This document shows positions 50,266 to 59,546 of a DNA stretch of 64,000 nt, in pieces. The stretch spans positions 51,959-115,958 of the forward strand of contig CAVZKE010000029.1 in the NCBI GenBank assembly GCA_963775745.1. Reading direction: 5' to 3'. Under the pieces are notes generated by a model. The model saw nothing but the letters and a program-made list of their open reading frames with translations, had not been told where the DNA came from and searched no databases. This stretch comes from an uncultured Actinomycetota bacterium (GTDB lineage: Bacteria > Actinomycetota > Actinomycetes > Streptosporangiales > Streptosporangiaceae). The position numbers and the translations under genes are program-made. Numbering within the stretch: position 1 is the stretch's first letter; each line of letters starts with the position of its first letter.

Positions 50266-51123
50266 GTGGACTTGATGAGCATCGGTGAGTTCGCCAGGCT
50301 GTCCCGCCTGTCGCCCAAGGCGCTGCGCCTGTATGACGAGCTGGGACTGCTGCCGCCCGCCCAGGTCGATCCGGCCTCTGGTTACCGCTGGTATGCCGCC
50401 GGTCAGCTGGACAGTGCCCGGCTGGTCGCGTCGCTGCGCCAGATCGGAGTGCCGCTGGCGCAGATCCAGCTGATCCTCAGCCTGGAGCCGGAGGCCGCTG
50501 CGGCGCAGGTCGGCGCTTACTGGTCAGGGGCTGAAGCCGATCATGCTGCCCGCCGGGACCTGGCCGGCTACCTCGTTGACCGCCTGACTGGAAAGAGGAA
50601 CGTCATGCACGAGGTCAAGGTCCGCGATATCCCCGCCCGCAGCCTGCTCTGCCTGCTGCGGCATGCCAGCAATCAGCAGGAAGTCTGGGACATGGGCAAG
50701 GAGGTCATCGGCATGCTCAAGGCCCAGCCGGTGCCGGTGCCCCGCATCGAAGGAGTCGCCGGGGCCGCGTTCCTGATCTACTACGGGGAGGTGAACCAGG
50801 ACAGCGACGGCCCGGTGGAGTTCTGCTGGCCGGTGCCGCAGGACCTGGCCGGCCAGCTCGCCGCCAGCTTCCCCGGGCTCACGCTGCGCACTGAGCCTGC
50901 GCACCAGGAGGCGTGCGTTCACCTGGACCAGGACGCGACGGAGGCGCAGTGGCAAGCCGCCGGGGACTCGGCCTTGGCCTGGGCGGCCGGGCAGCAGCGC
51001 CAGCCCAGTGACCTGGGCCTGCGCGTTACACTCCTGACGACCGCCGCGCCAGTGACCGATGCCAGCAGGCGCGGCGGCAGCGACTTCGCCCTCCCGCTGC
51101 GCGACCGGGCCGGCGCCGCATGA
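50266..51123 (+). CDS. MerR-family transcriptional regulator with a GyrI-like effector-binding C-terminal domain
   Basis: MSIGEFARLSRLSPKALRLYDELGLLPPAQVDPASGYRWY (MerR HTH) plus a domain of about 150 aa, ...VKVRDIPARSLL...FLIYYGEV. Confidence 0.85.
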   Translation: MDLMSIGEFARLSRLSPKALRLYDELGLLPPAQVDPASGYRWYAAGQLDSARLVASLRQIGVPLAQIQLILSLEPEAAAAQVGAYWSGAEADHAARRDLAGYLVDRLTGKRNVMHEVKVRDIPARSLLCLLRHASNQQEVWDMGKEVIGMLKAQPVPVPRIEGVAGAAFLIYYGEVNQDSDGPVEFCWPVPQDLAGQLAASFPGLTLRTEPAHQEACVHLDQDATEAQWQAAGDSALAWAAGQQRQPSDLGLRVTLLTTAAPVTDASRRGGSDFALPLRDRAGAA

Positions 51124-51213
51124 AGACCACAGGCGTGATCTATGACGCGGGGACTGATGGTCAGCGGCGGTACGTGCGCGCGGCCGGCGATCCGGACCCG
51201 GAGGGGTACTTCG

Positions 51214-51777
51214 ATGCGAGTGGTTGACATCGTGCTCGGCGTGGGCTGGGTCATCTTCTGGGTGGGCTGGTTCGCCGCATCCGCCGGGGCTAAGCGGGGA
51301 CAGCGGGGACGGGGCAACTGGGCGCGCTTCGGGGGCGTCCGGGTGGCGCTCATCCTGGTCGTCGTGCTCCTGGTCCGGCTGCGGGTGCTGCAGGGGCATG
51401 GCGTCGGATACGTCACAGACCCGGTCCTGCGGGGCGTCGGCCTCGCCATCTGGGTCCTCGGCCTGGGACTGGCCGTCTGGGCGCGGATCTACCTCGGCCG
51501 GAACTGGGGAATGCCGACGTCCACCAAGGAAGACCCCGAGCTGGTCACATCCGGCCCGTACCGGATGATCCGGCACCCGATTTACACCGGCATCCTGCTG
51601 GCGATGATCGGCTCGGCGATCGCCGTCAGCGTCTGGTGGCTGATCGCCGTGGCACTGATCGGCGGGTACTTCATCTACAGCGCCTTCGTGGAGGAACGCA
51701 ATCTGACCAGGCTCTTCCCCGGTGCCTATCCGGAGTACCAGCAGTCCACCAAAATGCTGATCCCCGTTATCTTCTGA
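51214..51777 (+). CDS. isoprenylcysteine carboxyl methyltransferase (ICMT/PEMT)-family membrane methyltransferase
   Basis: Internal start MRVVDIVLG of ORF 51142..51777. Motif LVTSGPYRMIRHPIYTGILL, 4-5 TM spans. Confidence 0.8.
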   Translation: MRVVDIVLGVGWVIFWVGWFAASAGAKRGQRGRGNWARFGGVRVALILVVVLLVRLRVLQGHGVGYVTDPVLRGVGLAIWVLGLGLAVWARIYLGRNWGMPTSTKEDPELVTSGPYRMIRHPIYTGILLAMIGSAIAVSVWWLIAVALIGGYFIYSAFVEERNLTRLFPGAYPEYQQSTKMLIPVIF

Positions 51778-52064
51778 GGACGCGCGGCGCGTGCTGGCGG
51801 GATGGGCCGCGGCCGCGCTGCTGGCCGCGGGGCCTGCGCGGTGCCTGAACCGGATCCCGGTCCGGGTGCGGAGGTCCGCAGCCGGCCGGGCCGGTCAGCG
51901 GTCTGACTTTCGTGCTCCGGCAGTCCCGCTACGAGACGGTCAAGGACGGTGGCGTCTGGCGATGGGGTCGAAGGAGACGGGTCCTGCCGCACCCACCGCG
52001 AGGCCGACGGCACCGCCATGTGCGATTCCTACACGGCTGACTATTTCGCCCGAAACTAGTCCGG

Positions 52065-52373
52065 GTGCTGGAACCGTGCTGACTCAACACCCCGCCGCAC
52101 GCCATCTACCTGCGGAAACTGACCGCCGCTCGACGATCACTCAAATCTACGAGGGAACCAATCAGATCCAGCGCATGGTCATGGCCCGGCATCTGCTGAA
52201 GTAGCGCGGCGGTCGGCGTTTCCGCTGGTCAGCGGCCTGGGTCTGGGGTGGCGCCTCGCCCATGCGGGCGGGTCTGCAGGCAGTCATCGGGGCCGGGCGG
52301 CTCGGCGCTTTGCCCGTTGTTCCCGGTTGGTTCCCGTCGTTTCCCAACGCGGTGCTGGATCCGTGCTGACCCC
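52065..52373 (+). repeat. copy B of the gene-end module, including an orphan acyl-CoA dehydrogenase 3' end (...ITQIYEGTNQIQRMVMARHLLK*, stop 52202-52204)
   Basis: 52136-52204 matches the native CDS end with about 9 mismatches in 69 nt. 52264-52373 matches 49527-49636 at 109 of 110 positions by my manual alignment. Confidence 0.9.
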
Positions 52374-52376
52374 AGG

Positions 52377-52760
52377 TCAGCCCGGCACCCTGGGCTGACG
52401 TTCCGTGTGTCGCTCGATCTCGCCCGCCGGCACCGCCTTGGGCCCGTAAGCAGCCCAGCCGCGCGCGGCTGTAAGCGACACCCACGCGGTGACCGGGTAG
52501 ATGATCCAGCCGTTCCACACGTTGGGGGTTCCAGAGCGCTGGCTGAACCCTTCGGTCGGCCAGCCACCCGCATGCTTGTACTCCGTAGCGGCCCAGATCG
52601 GAACCAGGAGAGCCACGCCAACGGCGGACGCAGTGGTACTGATCTTGAACAGTCGCCTGGCCCTGGCCTGCTTGATCGCCTGCTGGCGGGCAATCTGCTC
52701 GCTGTCGTCGGCAGCAGCTAAGCCTGCGTCCGCGGGCCTGTCATCAATGAGGTGGACCAT
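52377..52760 (-). CDS. 2TM-domain membrane protein
   Basis: 127 aa. ...QQAIKQARARRLFKISTTASAVGVALLVPIWAATEY...WIIYPVTAWVSLTAARGW. Paralogue of 53326..53709. Confidence 0.75.
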   Translation of the reverse strand: MVHLIDDRPADAGLAAADDSEQIARQQAIKQARARRLFKISTTASAVGVALLVPIWAATEYKHAGGWPTEGFSQRSGTPNVWNGWIIYPVTAWVSLTAARGWAAYGPKAVPAGEIERHTERQPRVPG

Positions 52761-53325
52761 GTCGGCACCTCTCTTCCGGAGCGAGCCGTTTCTGCTAAGG
52801 CTCCACCGGCTGCAGGATTGACCTCCGAACGCCGGCCAGCTAGTGCCATAGGTCAGCCGCTGCCCGGCGAGAGCCCTGAGTTATCGCAATGTGCCGGTGT
52901 CAGCGACGATGTGCTGTCCTGTCCCGCGCGGCGGGTCGGCTCGACCCGTCCTGAGAGCCGCCGCCAGCTGCCAGGTGACGACGTGGTGCGCTGTCCGCAC
53001 CGCGCCGCGCCGCTGGAGGTTGACCATGGCGCGGGTGCCTCCGCTCGCGTCGGCCTGCTCCATCAGGGCGACGCTGCATGGCCTGAAACAGCGCGCGGAA
53101 ACGACACGACGCCAATGACCAATCTGTTCGAGCGGCTCAGCCTGCGGAAACTGCGTCATGCGTGACTTCCCCGGCCACTGAACGAACTGCTGATCTTAAG
53201 CCATTCGTCGGCGGACAGGTGACGTACGGCGCTGCCAGTTCAGCGACTGGTGATCGATCCTTGAACGTGGGAGCGGGATTCCATCACGGTTAACCAGCTC
53301 CCAGAGCGAAGAAGGAGGGGTCGAG

Positions 53326-53709
53326 ATGACGAACCTTGTCGATGACAGGCGTGCAGACATCGACTCGAGTGTGCCTGCCAGCAGCGAGAAGCTTGCCCGC
53401 CAGGAGGCTATTAAGCAGATTGAGCGCAGGCGCCGGTTCAAGGTCAGCACGGTCGTGTCCGGCCTCGGCATGATCATCCTGGTGGCGATCTGGGCCATCA
53501 CCGAGTACCACAACGCGGGCGGCTGGCCGGTTCACGGGTTCAGCCAGAGTTCCGGGATCCACGACGTGTGGAACTTCTGGATCGTCTACCCGGTCGGTGC
53601 GTGGGTGTTCCTGACTGCTGCGTTCGGCTGGGACGTTTACCGGCGCAGGTCTATCTCGGAGAGTGAGATCAAGCGCGAGATGGAGCGCCAGTCCGGCCCG
53701 TCCAGCTGA
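53326..53709 (+). CDS. 2TM-domain membrane protein, inverted paralogue of 52377..52760
   Basis: 127 aa. ...RQEAIKQIERRRRFKVSTVVSGLGMIILVAIWAITEY...WIVYPVGAWVFLTAAFGW. The RBS-like GAAGGAGGGG lies upstream. Confidence 0.78.
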   Translation: MTNLVDDRRADIDSSVPASSEKLARQEAIKQIERRRRFKVSTVVSGLGMIILVAIWAITEYHNAGGWPVHGFSQSSGIHDVWNFWIVYPVGAWVFLTAAFGWDVYRRRSISESEIKREMERQSGPSS

Positions 53710-54001
53710 TTGCCCGGTGCCGCTCAGCCGACACCGCATCGCGCGCACAGCGGATGTTCTTCCCCATGGAGGAACGCGGGCCGCCGTGGCCTCGTCCGCT
53801 GCCTCTACTTCGTCCCGGAAGAAATAGACGGTCTTGGCTTCGTCGGAAGCCAGGTCAGCAGGAAGCGTCATGGTCAAAGCCGGCCGTTCCTCGGACGAAG
53901 GCGGTCTCCGGACCAGTCGCTGCAACTGCTGTAGGGCTTGTCAACGGCCAATTTGCAGTCCCCGCTGGTGGCCAGTTAAAAGTCCCCACCCCTCGGGCTG
54001 A

Positions 54002-54778
54002 TCATTTCTTGGTCAGGACGGTTCCTCCTCGTGCTCGGGCCTGGCGCATGCGGAACGATTCGCCGTCTGTGATCACGACGTTCGCGTGGTGGAGCAGGCG
54101 GTCCAGGAGGCTGACGGCGGTGGTGTGCTCGGGCAGGAATCTGCCCCACTGGTCAAACGGCCAGTGGCTGGCCACGCCGAGGGCCCGGCGTTCGTAGGCG
54201 GCGGAGACGAACCGGAACAGCAGCTGGGCTCCGGTGTCGTCGAGCGGGGCGAACCCGACTTCGTCGACCAGGAGCAGGTCGTTGCGGGGCAGGTTCTCGA
54301 TGACGCGGCCGGCCGAGTTGCCGGCCAGGCCGCGGTAGAGGGTCTCGGCCAGGTCAGCGGCGGTGAAGTAGCGGACCTTGTGCCCGGCATGGACGGCGTT
54401 GATGCCGAGGGCGACCAGGACATGGCTCTTACCGGTGCCGGCCGGCCCGACCAGGCAGAGGTTCTCCCGGGCGGTGATCCATTCCAGGGACGCGAGGTAG
54501 TCCAGGGTGGGGCCGGGGATGGAGCACGCGGACCGGTCGAGCTCGTCGAGGGTCTTGGTGACGGGGAACGCGGCGGTCTTCATCCGGGTCGCGGCGCTGG
54601 AGGCATCGCGGGCGGTGATCTCGGCGTCGATCAGGGTCCGCAGCAGTTCCTCGGGTGCCCACCGCTGGGTCTTGGCGGTGCTGAGCAGCTCGGGGGCGAG
54701 CTGGCGGATGGTGGAGAGCTTGAGCCGCCGGAGCCCGGCGGCGATGTCGGGCGCCAGCGGCGGCGCGGCGGCTGTCAT
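54002..54778 (-). CDS. istB: IS21 helper ATPase IstB
   Basis: 258 aa, intact. Walker A LVGPAGTGKSHV and Walker B LLLVDEVG. ATGA overlap with istA. Confidence 0.92.
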   Translation of the reverse strand: MTAAAPPLAPDIAAGLRRLKLSTIRQLAPELLSTAKTQRWAPEELLRTLIDAEITARDASSAATRMKTAAFPVTKTLDELDRSACSIPGPTLDYLASLEWITARENLCLVGPAGTGKSHVLVALGINAVHAGHKVRYFTAADLAETLYRGLAGNSAGRVIENLPRNDLLLVDEVGFAPLDDTGAQLLFRFVSAAYERRALGVASHWPFDQWGRFLPEHTTAVSLLDRLLHHANVVITDGESFRMRQARARGGTVLTKK

Positions 54779-56237
54779 GACAGCGCCCCGATCGCGTAGT
54801 CGGCCAGCGGGCGGACCGGGACGGCCGGCAGGTCCAGGATCAGCGCGTCACCGGCCGGGACCTGGGGCTCGGGCACACCGGCCCCGGCGGCCAGGATGGA
54901 CCGCACGTCAGCGGGCCGCCACCGGCAGAACGCGACCGCCCGGTCCAGCGCGGCCAGGAACTCTTCGCCGCCGTGGGCGGCGCGCAGCGTGTTCAGCTCG
55001 GCCAGGTCCGTGCCGAGCCGGGTGCTGCCGGCTGCGGCGGCGCCGGTGATGAACGCCTCGGCGACCGGGCCGAGTGAGCAGAACTCCTTCTCCGCCGCGG
55101 TCTTCGGCCGCACTGCCCGCCGGGGCGCGGGCCGCGGGCCGCCGTAATGCTCATCGCGCACGGAGGCCTCGCCCGGGGCGATGAGGGTGTGCTCGGCGAT
55201 GACCTCCCCGGTGGTGGTCATGATCACCAGCAGCCGCCCGTCATCGGTGCGCAGCCGCACCCGCGAGCCGATCAGGCGGACGGGCACGGAGTAACGGGCT
55301 GATGCGAATCGGACACATGCCAGCCGGTCGACCTTGCGGGTCACGAACCTGCCGATGCTGGTCCGCAGCGACGGCAGCGGCGCCAGCAGCTCCCGCTCGA
55401 TCACCAGCCGCTCCGCGGGCACCGCGCAGATCTCGCTATGAGTCGCGCCGTTGACCTCGGCGCACCACGCCCGCGCCGCCTCGTTCGCCGCGGTGAAGCC
55501 GCCGAACGGAGCCTGCGGCACGAGCAGGTCGGCCTTGGCATAGCCGACGAGGTTCTCGACGATCCCCTTCGATTCCGGGTCGGCGGCCTCGCAGAAATCG
55601 GGCCGGAACCCGTAATGGCCGGCGAACCGGACGTACTCCGCCGTGGGCACCACGACGTTGGCGACCACACCGCCCTTCAGGCAGCCCATCCGGTCCGCCA
55701 GCACCTTGCCCGGCACCCCGCCGAGGGTCTCGAAGCACTCCGCCAGCATCGCCAGCGTCGTGCCGGACCGCTCATCAGCGGCGAACCGCACGAAACCGGG
55801 ACCAGGCCAGCACCGCGCAGAACACGTGCAGGCCGCCCTCGGCACCCCAGGCCGGTCACCAGATGCTCACCCGGAGACCAGACCGCCTGCCGGCGGCCAC
55901 GGTGATGCTCCCGGCGCCACAGCCGCTTCCGCTCCGCGACCAGCCGGCGGAAGTTCCGCGCCGACCCGGCATACCCCGCCGCCCGGGCCGCCGGCAGCAG
56001 CCGCTTCGCCGAGATCCGGCCCGACGTCTTCCCCACCCGCTCGGCGACCAGCTCTGCGACACCGTCATAGTTATGCCCCCGCACAGCGCGCTCCGGCACG
56101 CCGCCACCGGCCTCGTGCCGGGCGATCACCCGTTTGACTGTCCTATGCGTGGTACCCGTGACCTCCGCGGCCCCGCGGTACGTGCCCACCTCACGGTAGG
56201 CCGAAATGATGTCCATCCGATCCCTCGCAGACTTCAA
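54775..56237 (-). pseudogene. istA: IS21 transposase IstA with at least two frameshifts (about 55.80 and 55.86 kb)
   Basis: N-terminal frame ...ISAYREVGTYRGAAEVTGTTHRTVKRVI...WSPGEHLV. Middle frame WGAEGGLHVFCAVLAWSRFR. C-terminal frame FVRFAADERSGTTLAMLAECFETLGGVP... Confidence 0.85.
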
Positions 56238-56669
56238 TGGAAGCTCCCCGGGCGGTGCGGTGACTGACTGACACCGCCACCGTCACCGCCCGGGCCTCAA
56301 CCCCCGGGACGACACGACGAACGAGGGATGGGGACTTTTAACTGGCCACCAGCGGAGACCTCGACCCGGCCACACATGGGGACTTTCTCATGGCCACGGA
56401 CAAGGGCTTGTTCGGCTGCTGGGATCTGCGAACTAGCCCCTCCACGAGACTTGCTCACTGTCTCACCCCGTTCTCTGCCACAGATCACGCCTAGGAAACT
56501 CTGAGCTAACAAGGCGCACGGTGCAACGCATTTGGCAACGTCATCTGCTTCTGACTCCCGCGCCGCATCTGGCTGCGCCGGGCTCGGCGATCGTTGGCGG
56601 GTCGATTCAGCGCCAGAACTGCGGGCGGCATTCCTACCAGGAACGTCGCGTTACACCTGACACTGCCGC

Positions 56670-56976
56670 GTGCTGGATCCGTGCTGGCTGCTGGCTACCG
56701 GACATGCCGTCTACCTGCGGAAACTGCCCGTAGCTCCGGTATCACGCAGATCTACGAGGGCACGAACCAGATCCAGCGCGTGGTCATGGCCAGGCAGCTC
56801 CTGAAGTAGCCGGGCCGTCAGCGTTTGCGCTGGTCAGCAGCTATCTCTTGGGCGGCGCCTCGGTCGTGTGGGTCGGTCTGGGGCCGGTCGGGGGCGGGCC
56901 GGACGGTCGGGCGATATGCCCGTTGTTCCTAGTTGGTTCCCGTCGTTTCCGGACCGCGTGCTGAGTTTGTGCTGAC
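56670..56976 (+). repeat. copy C of the gene-end module, including an orphan 3' end (...ITQIYEGTNQIQRVVMARQLLK*, stop 56807-56809); the downstream part is clearly more diverged
   Basis: 56741-56809 aligns to 49397-49465. The downstream blocks gcgtttgcgctggtcagc, tgcccgttgttcctagttggttcccgtcgtttcc and gtgctgagtttgtgctgac are conserved. Confidence 0.85.
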
Positions 56977-57206
56977 CCCTGGGGGTCGCTACGGGGCGGC
57001 CATCATGATCTGGTCCCTGTCGGCTATCCATGGCGGCGCGGGGCTGACCCAGGTGGCCGACACGGACGAAGGCCCGCCACCTACGACAAGAGCATCGTCG
57101 AAGTCAGCATCTGCACTCCCGGGGACTGCCGGCGGCGTGTCCTGGTCACGGTGGCCAGGACCGGGCCGGAAAGGCACGCTTGGAATCAGCGAGCGGCCAT
57201 CGCGGT

Positions 57207-57628
57207 ATGCGTGACCGTGGGCACAGGACTGTGCCGCATACCGCGGACTTGCGCATCGAGGGGTGGGGGCCGACCCGGGAGGATTGCATCGCCGAAGCGC
57301 TGCGTGGCCTGGTGGAAAGCTTCGCCGATGTCAGCGGGACCCGATACCAGCGGGTCACTGGTGTCATGTTTCCGCCGGTTCCGACGCCGACCTGCTCGCT
57401 GCCGCCATCGAGGAGGTCATCTACGGCCTGGACACTGGCGGGGAGATCCCGGCCGCCGTTGAGGTGAGCCGCGCTGCTGATGACGGGATCGACCTGATGT
57501 TGCGGGTCGTGGATGCCAGCGCGGTGGAAATCGTCGGCGCCGCGCCCAAGGCTGCCTCGCTGTCCGGGCTGAGCTGTGCCCCGGCAGCGTCCGGGCGGTG
57601 GTCGTGCGCTGTGACGGTCGATGTCTGA
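57207..57628 (+). CDS. archease; one frameshift near 57370
   Basis: MRDRGHRTVPHTADLRIEGWGPTREDCIAEALRGLVESFADV...RVTGVMF, then one frame over, AGSDADLLAAAIEEVIYGLDTGGEIPAAVEV...LMLRVVD...SCAVTVDV*. Confidence 0.8.
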
Positions 57629-57717
57629 CAGTCCCGCCCGGCGGGCGATTCGGCCAGGCAGCCGTCCCCACCCAGCGGTGGCCGCGTGCGTGCCCGCCCA
57701 GCGCCGGCCCGCCTGGG

Positions 57718-59136
57718 TCAGCCTTTGATCACGCCGAGTGGCACGAGCCGGGCGATCTTACGGCACAGGCCGCCGCCTTCGGCGGCTTCCACCACGGCGT
57801 TGACGTCTTTGTAGGCTTCGGGGGTTTCCTCGGCCAGCCCGCGGGCCGATGCGCCGCGCACCGCGATGCCCGCCGCTTCCAGCCGGTGCCGCAGCTGGGT
57901 CCCGTTGACGGTGCGCTGTGCCTGGTGGCGGCTCATCACCCGGCCCGCGCCGTGGCAGGTGGACGCGAACGCACCGCCACCGGGGACGCCGGCCAGCACG
58001 TAGGAGTAGGTGCCCATGGATCCGGGGATCAGCACCGGCTGGCCGGCCACCTGCAGGTCCTGCGGCAGGTCCGGGTGCCCGGGCGGCAGTGCCCGGGTGG
58101 CGCCCTTGCGGTGCACGCACAGCAGCTTCGGCTGCCCGTCCACGGCGTGGGTTTCCATCTTCGCCAGGTTGTGGGACACGTCGTAGACGAGGTCGAGCCG
58201 CGCGCCGGCCGTCTGGCGGAAGATCTCGCGGGCAGTGTGGGCGAGGACGTGGCGGTTGGCGCGGCCGTAGTTGGCGGCTGCGGCCATGGCGCCCAGGTAG
58301 CCGCGGCCCTCGGGGGAGGTGACTGGTGTGCAGGCGAGCTGGCGGTCGGGCATGTGGATGCCGTAGCGCGGCATGGCCTGGTCCATGATCCGCACGTGGT
58401 CGCCGCAGATCTGGTGGCCGAGCCCCCGTGAGCCGCAGTGGATCATGACGCAGACCTGGCCGTGGCAGAGCCCGAACCGCTGCGCGGTGACAGCGTCGTA
58501 GATCTCCTCGACCGCCTGCACTTCCAGGAAATGGTTGCCCGAGCCGAGGCTGCCCACCTGGTGCAGGCCCCGGTCGATGGCCCGGGTGCTGACCTGGCCG
58601 GGGTCGGCGCCGGCGACAGCGCCCTCATCCTCACAGCGCAGCAGGTCACGCTCGGTGCCGTAGCCCTGCTTGACCGCATAGCGGGCGCCGTCGGCCAGCA
58701 CGTCCCTCATCTGGCCCGGGCCGGCCAGATGCCAGATGCCTCCCCGGCCCGCGCCACGCGGGACAGCGGCCGCGAGCTGGTCCATCACGGCGCCCAGGAC
58801 CGGCCTGACCTCGTCTCGGTCCAGGCAGGCCGCGAGCAGGCGCACACCGCAGGAAATGTCGAACCCCACCCCGCCGGGGGAGACCGCCCCGCCGGCCGCC
58901 GGATCGGTGGCCGCGACCCCGCCGATCGGGAACCCATACCCCAGGTGCACATCGGGCATCGCATACGACGCCGTCACAATGCCCGGCAGCGCCGCCACGT
59001 TGGCCACCTGCTGCAGCGAGCGGTCCGCAGCCAGACCTAGCAGGAGCTGCCGGGAGACATATACGATCCCTGGCACCCGCATCGCTCCCCGCTGCGGGAT
59101 CCGGAACCGGTAGGGGGTTTCCTCGACCAGTTCCAT
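57718..59136 (-). CDS. rtcB: RNA-splicing ligase RtcB (3'-phosphate/5'-hydroxyl RNA ligase)
   Basis: 472 aa, intact. [55 protein letters not shown]...HRKGAT, PGSMGT, CHGAGR. Confidence 0.93.
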   Translation of the reverse strand: MELVEETPYRFRIPQRGAMRVPGIVYVSRQLLLGLAADRSLQQVANVAALPGIVTASYAMPDVHLGYGFPIGGVAATDPAAGGAVSPGGVGFDISCGVRLLAACLDRDEVRPVLGAVMDQLAAAVPRGAGRGGIWHLAGPGQMRDVLADGARYAVKQGYGTERDLLRCEDEGAVAGADPGQVSTRAIDRGLHQVGSLGSGNHFLEVQAVEEIYDAVTAQRFGLCHGQVCVMIHCGSRGLGHQICGDHVRIMDQAMPRYGIHMPDRQLACTPVTSPEGRGYLGAMAAAANYGRANRHVLAHTAREIFRQTAGARLDLVYDVSHNLAKMETHAVDGQPKLLCVHRKGATRALPPGHPDLPQDLQVAGQPVLIPGSMGTYSYVLAGVPGGGAFASTCHGAGRVMSRHQAQRTVNGTQLRHRLEAAGIAVRGASARGLAEETPEAYKDVNAVVEAAEGGGLCRKIARLVPLGVIKG

Positions 59137-59546
59137 CTCCGGCCTCCCGTACCCCGGCCTGGCAGTGGCAATCCCGCGACGTACCGGCCGGATGAACCGG
59201 CCCCTGCGAGTTCTCTTCCCACGCTTGCCGGATGCCGGCCATCTCGCCAGAGGAATAGGTCCTGTCCTCCAGGGGCTGCCGGGAGCGTCAGGGACTCCCA
59301 GCCCGGCGGCGCCCGTGCCCGCATCCCGATATCGGTCAGCGCTCCCGAACTCCTCGGCCTCCGGGGGCGGCCCGGGGTCGCGGGTCGCAAGCAGATCGCC
59401 CTGCTCTAGGCGTGTGTGCGGATGATCAGGTACCTCGCTGGTGGGTGACCGGTGATGATTGCGCCCCGCAGCGGGCCGGTCAGTACGAACGAAGCGCAGT
59501 CACCGGCGCTGCAGGGATCGTTAGGGCTTGGAAATGAACGACACGC

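Larger units (their letters stand above)
53939..56402 (-). mobile_element. IS21-family insertion sequence (2464 bp) with imperfect terminal inverted repeats and a 6-bp target-site duplication AGGGCT
   Basis: The ends are tgtcaacggccaatttgcagtcccc... and ...ggggactttctcatggccacggaca (TG...CA termini). The inner repeat gctggtggccagttaaaagtcccca (53963-53987) pairs with tggggacttttaactggccaccagc (56331-56355). AGGGCT lies at 53933-53938 and 56403-56408. Confidence 0.85.

Noticed and set aside
52881-53159. A 92-aa minus-strand ORF between the two 2TM genes.
   Set aside because: It has no family resemblance and an Arg/Ala-rich composition, and it overlaps the att-like motif. It is probably non-coding.
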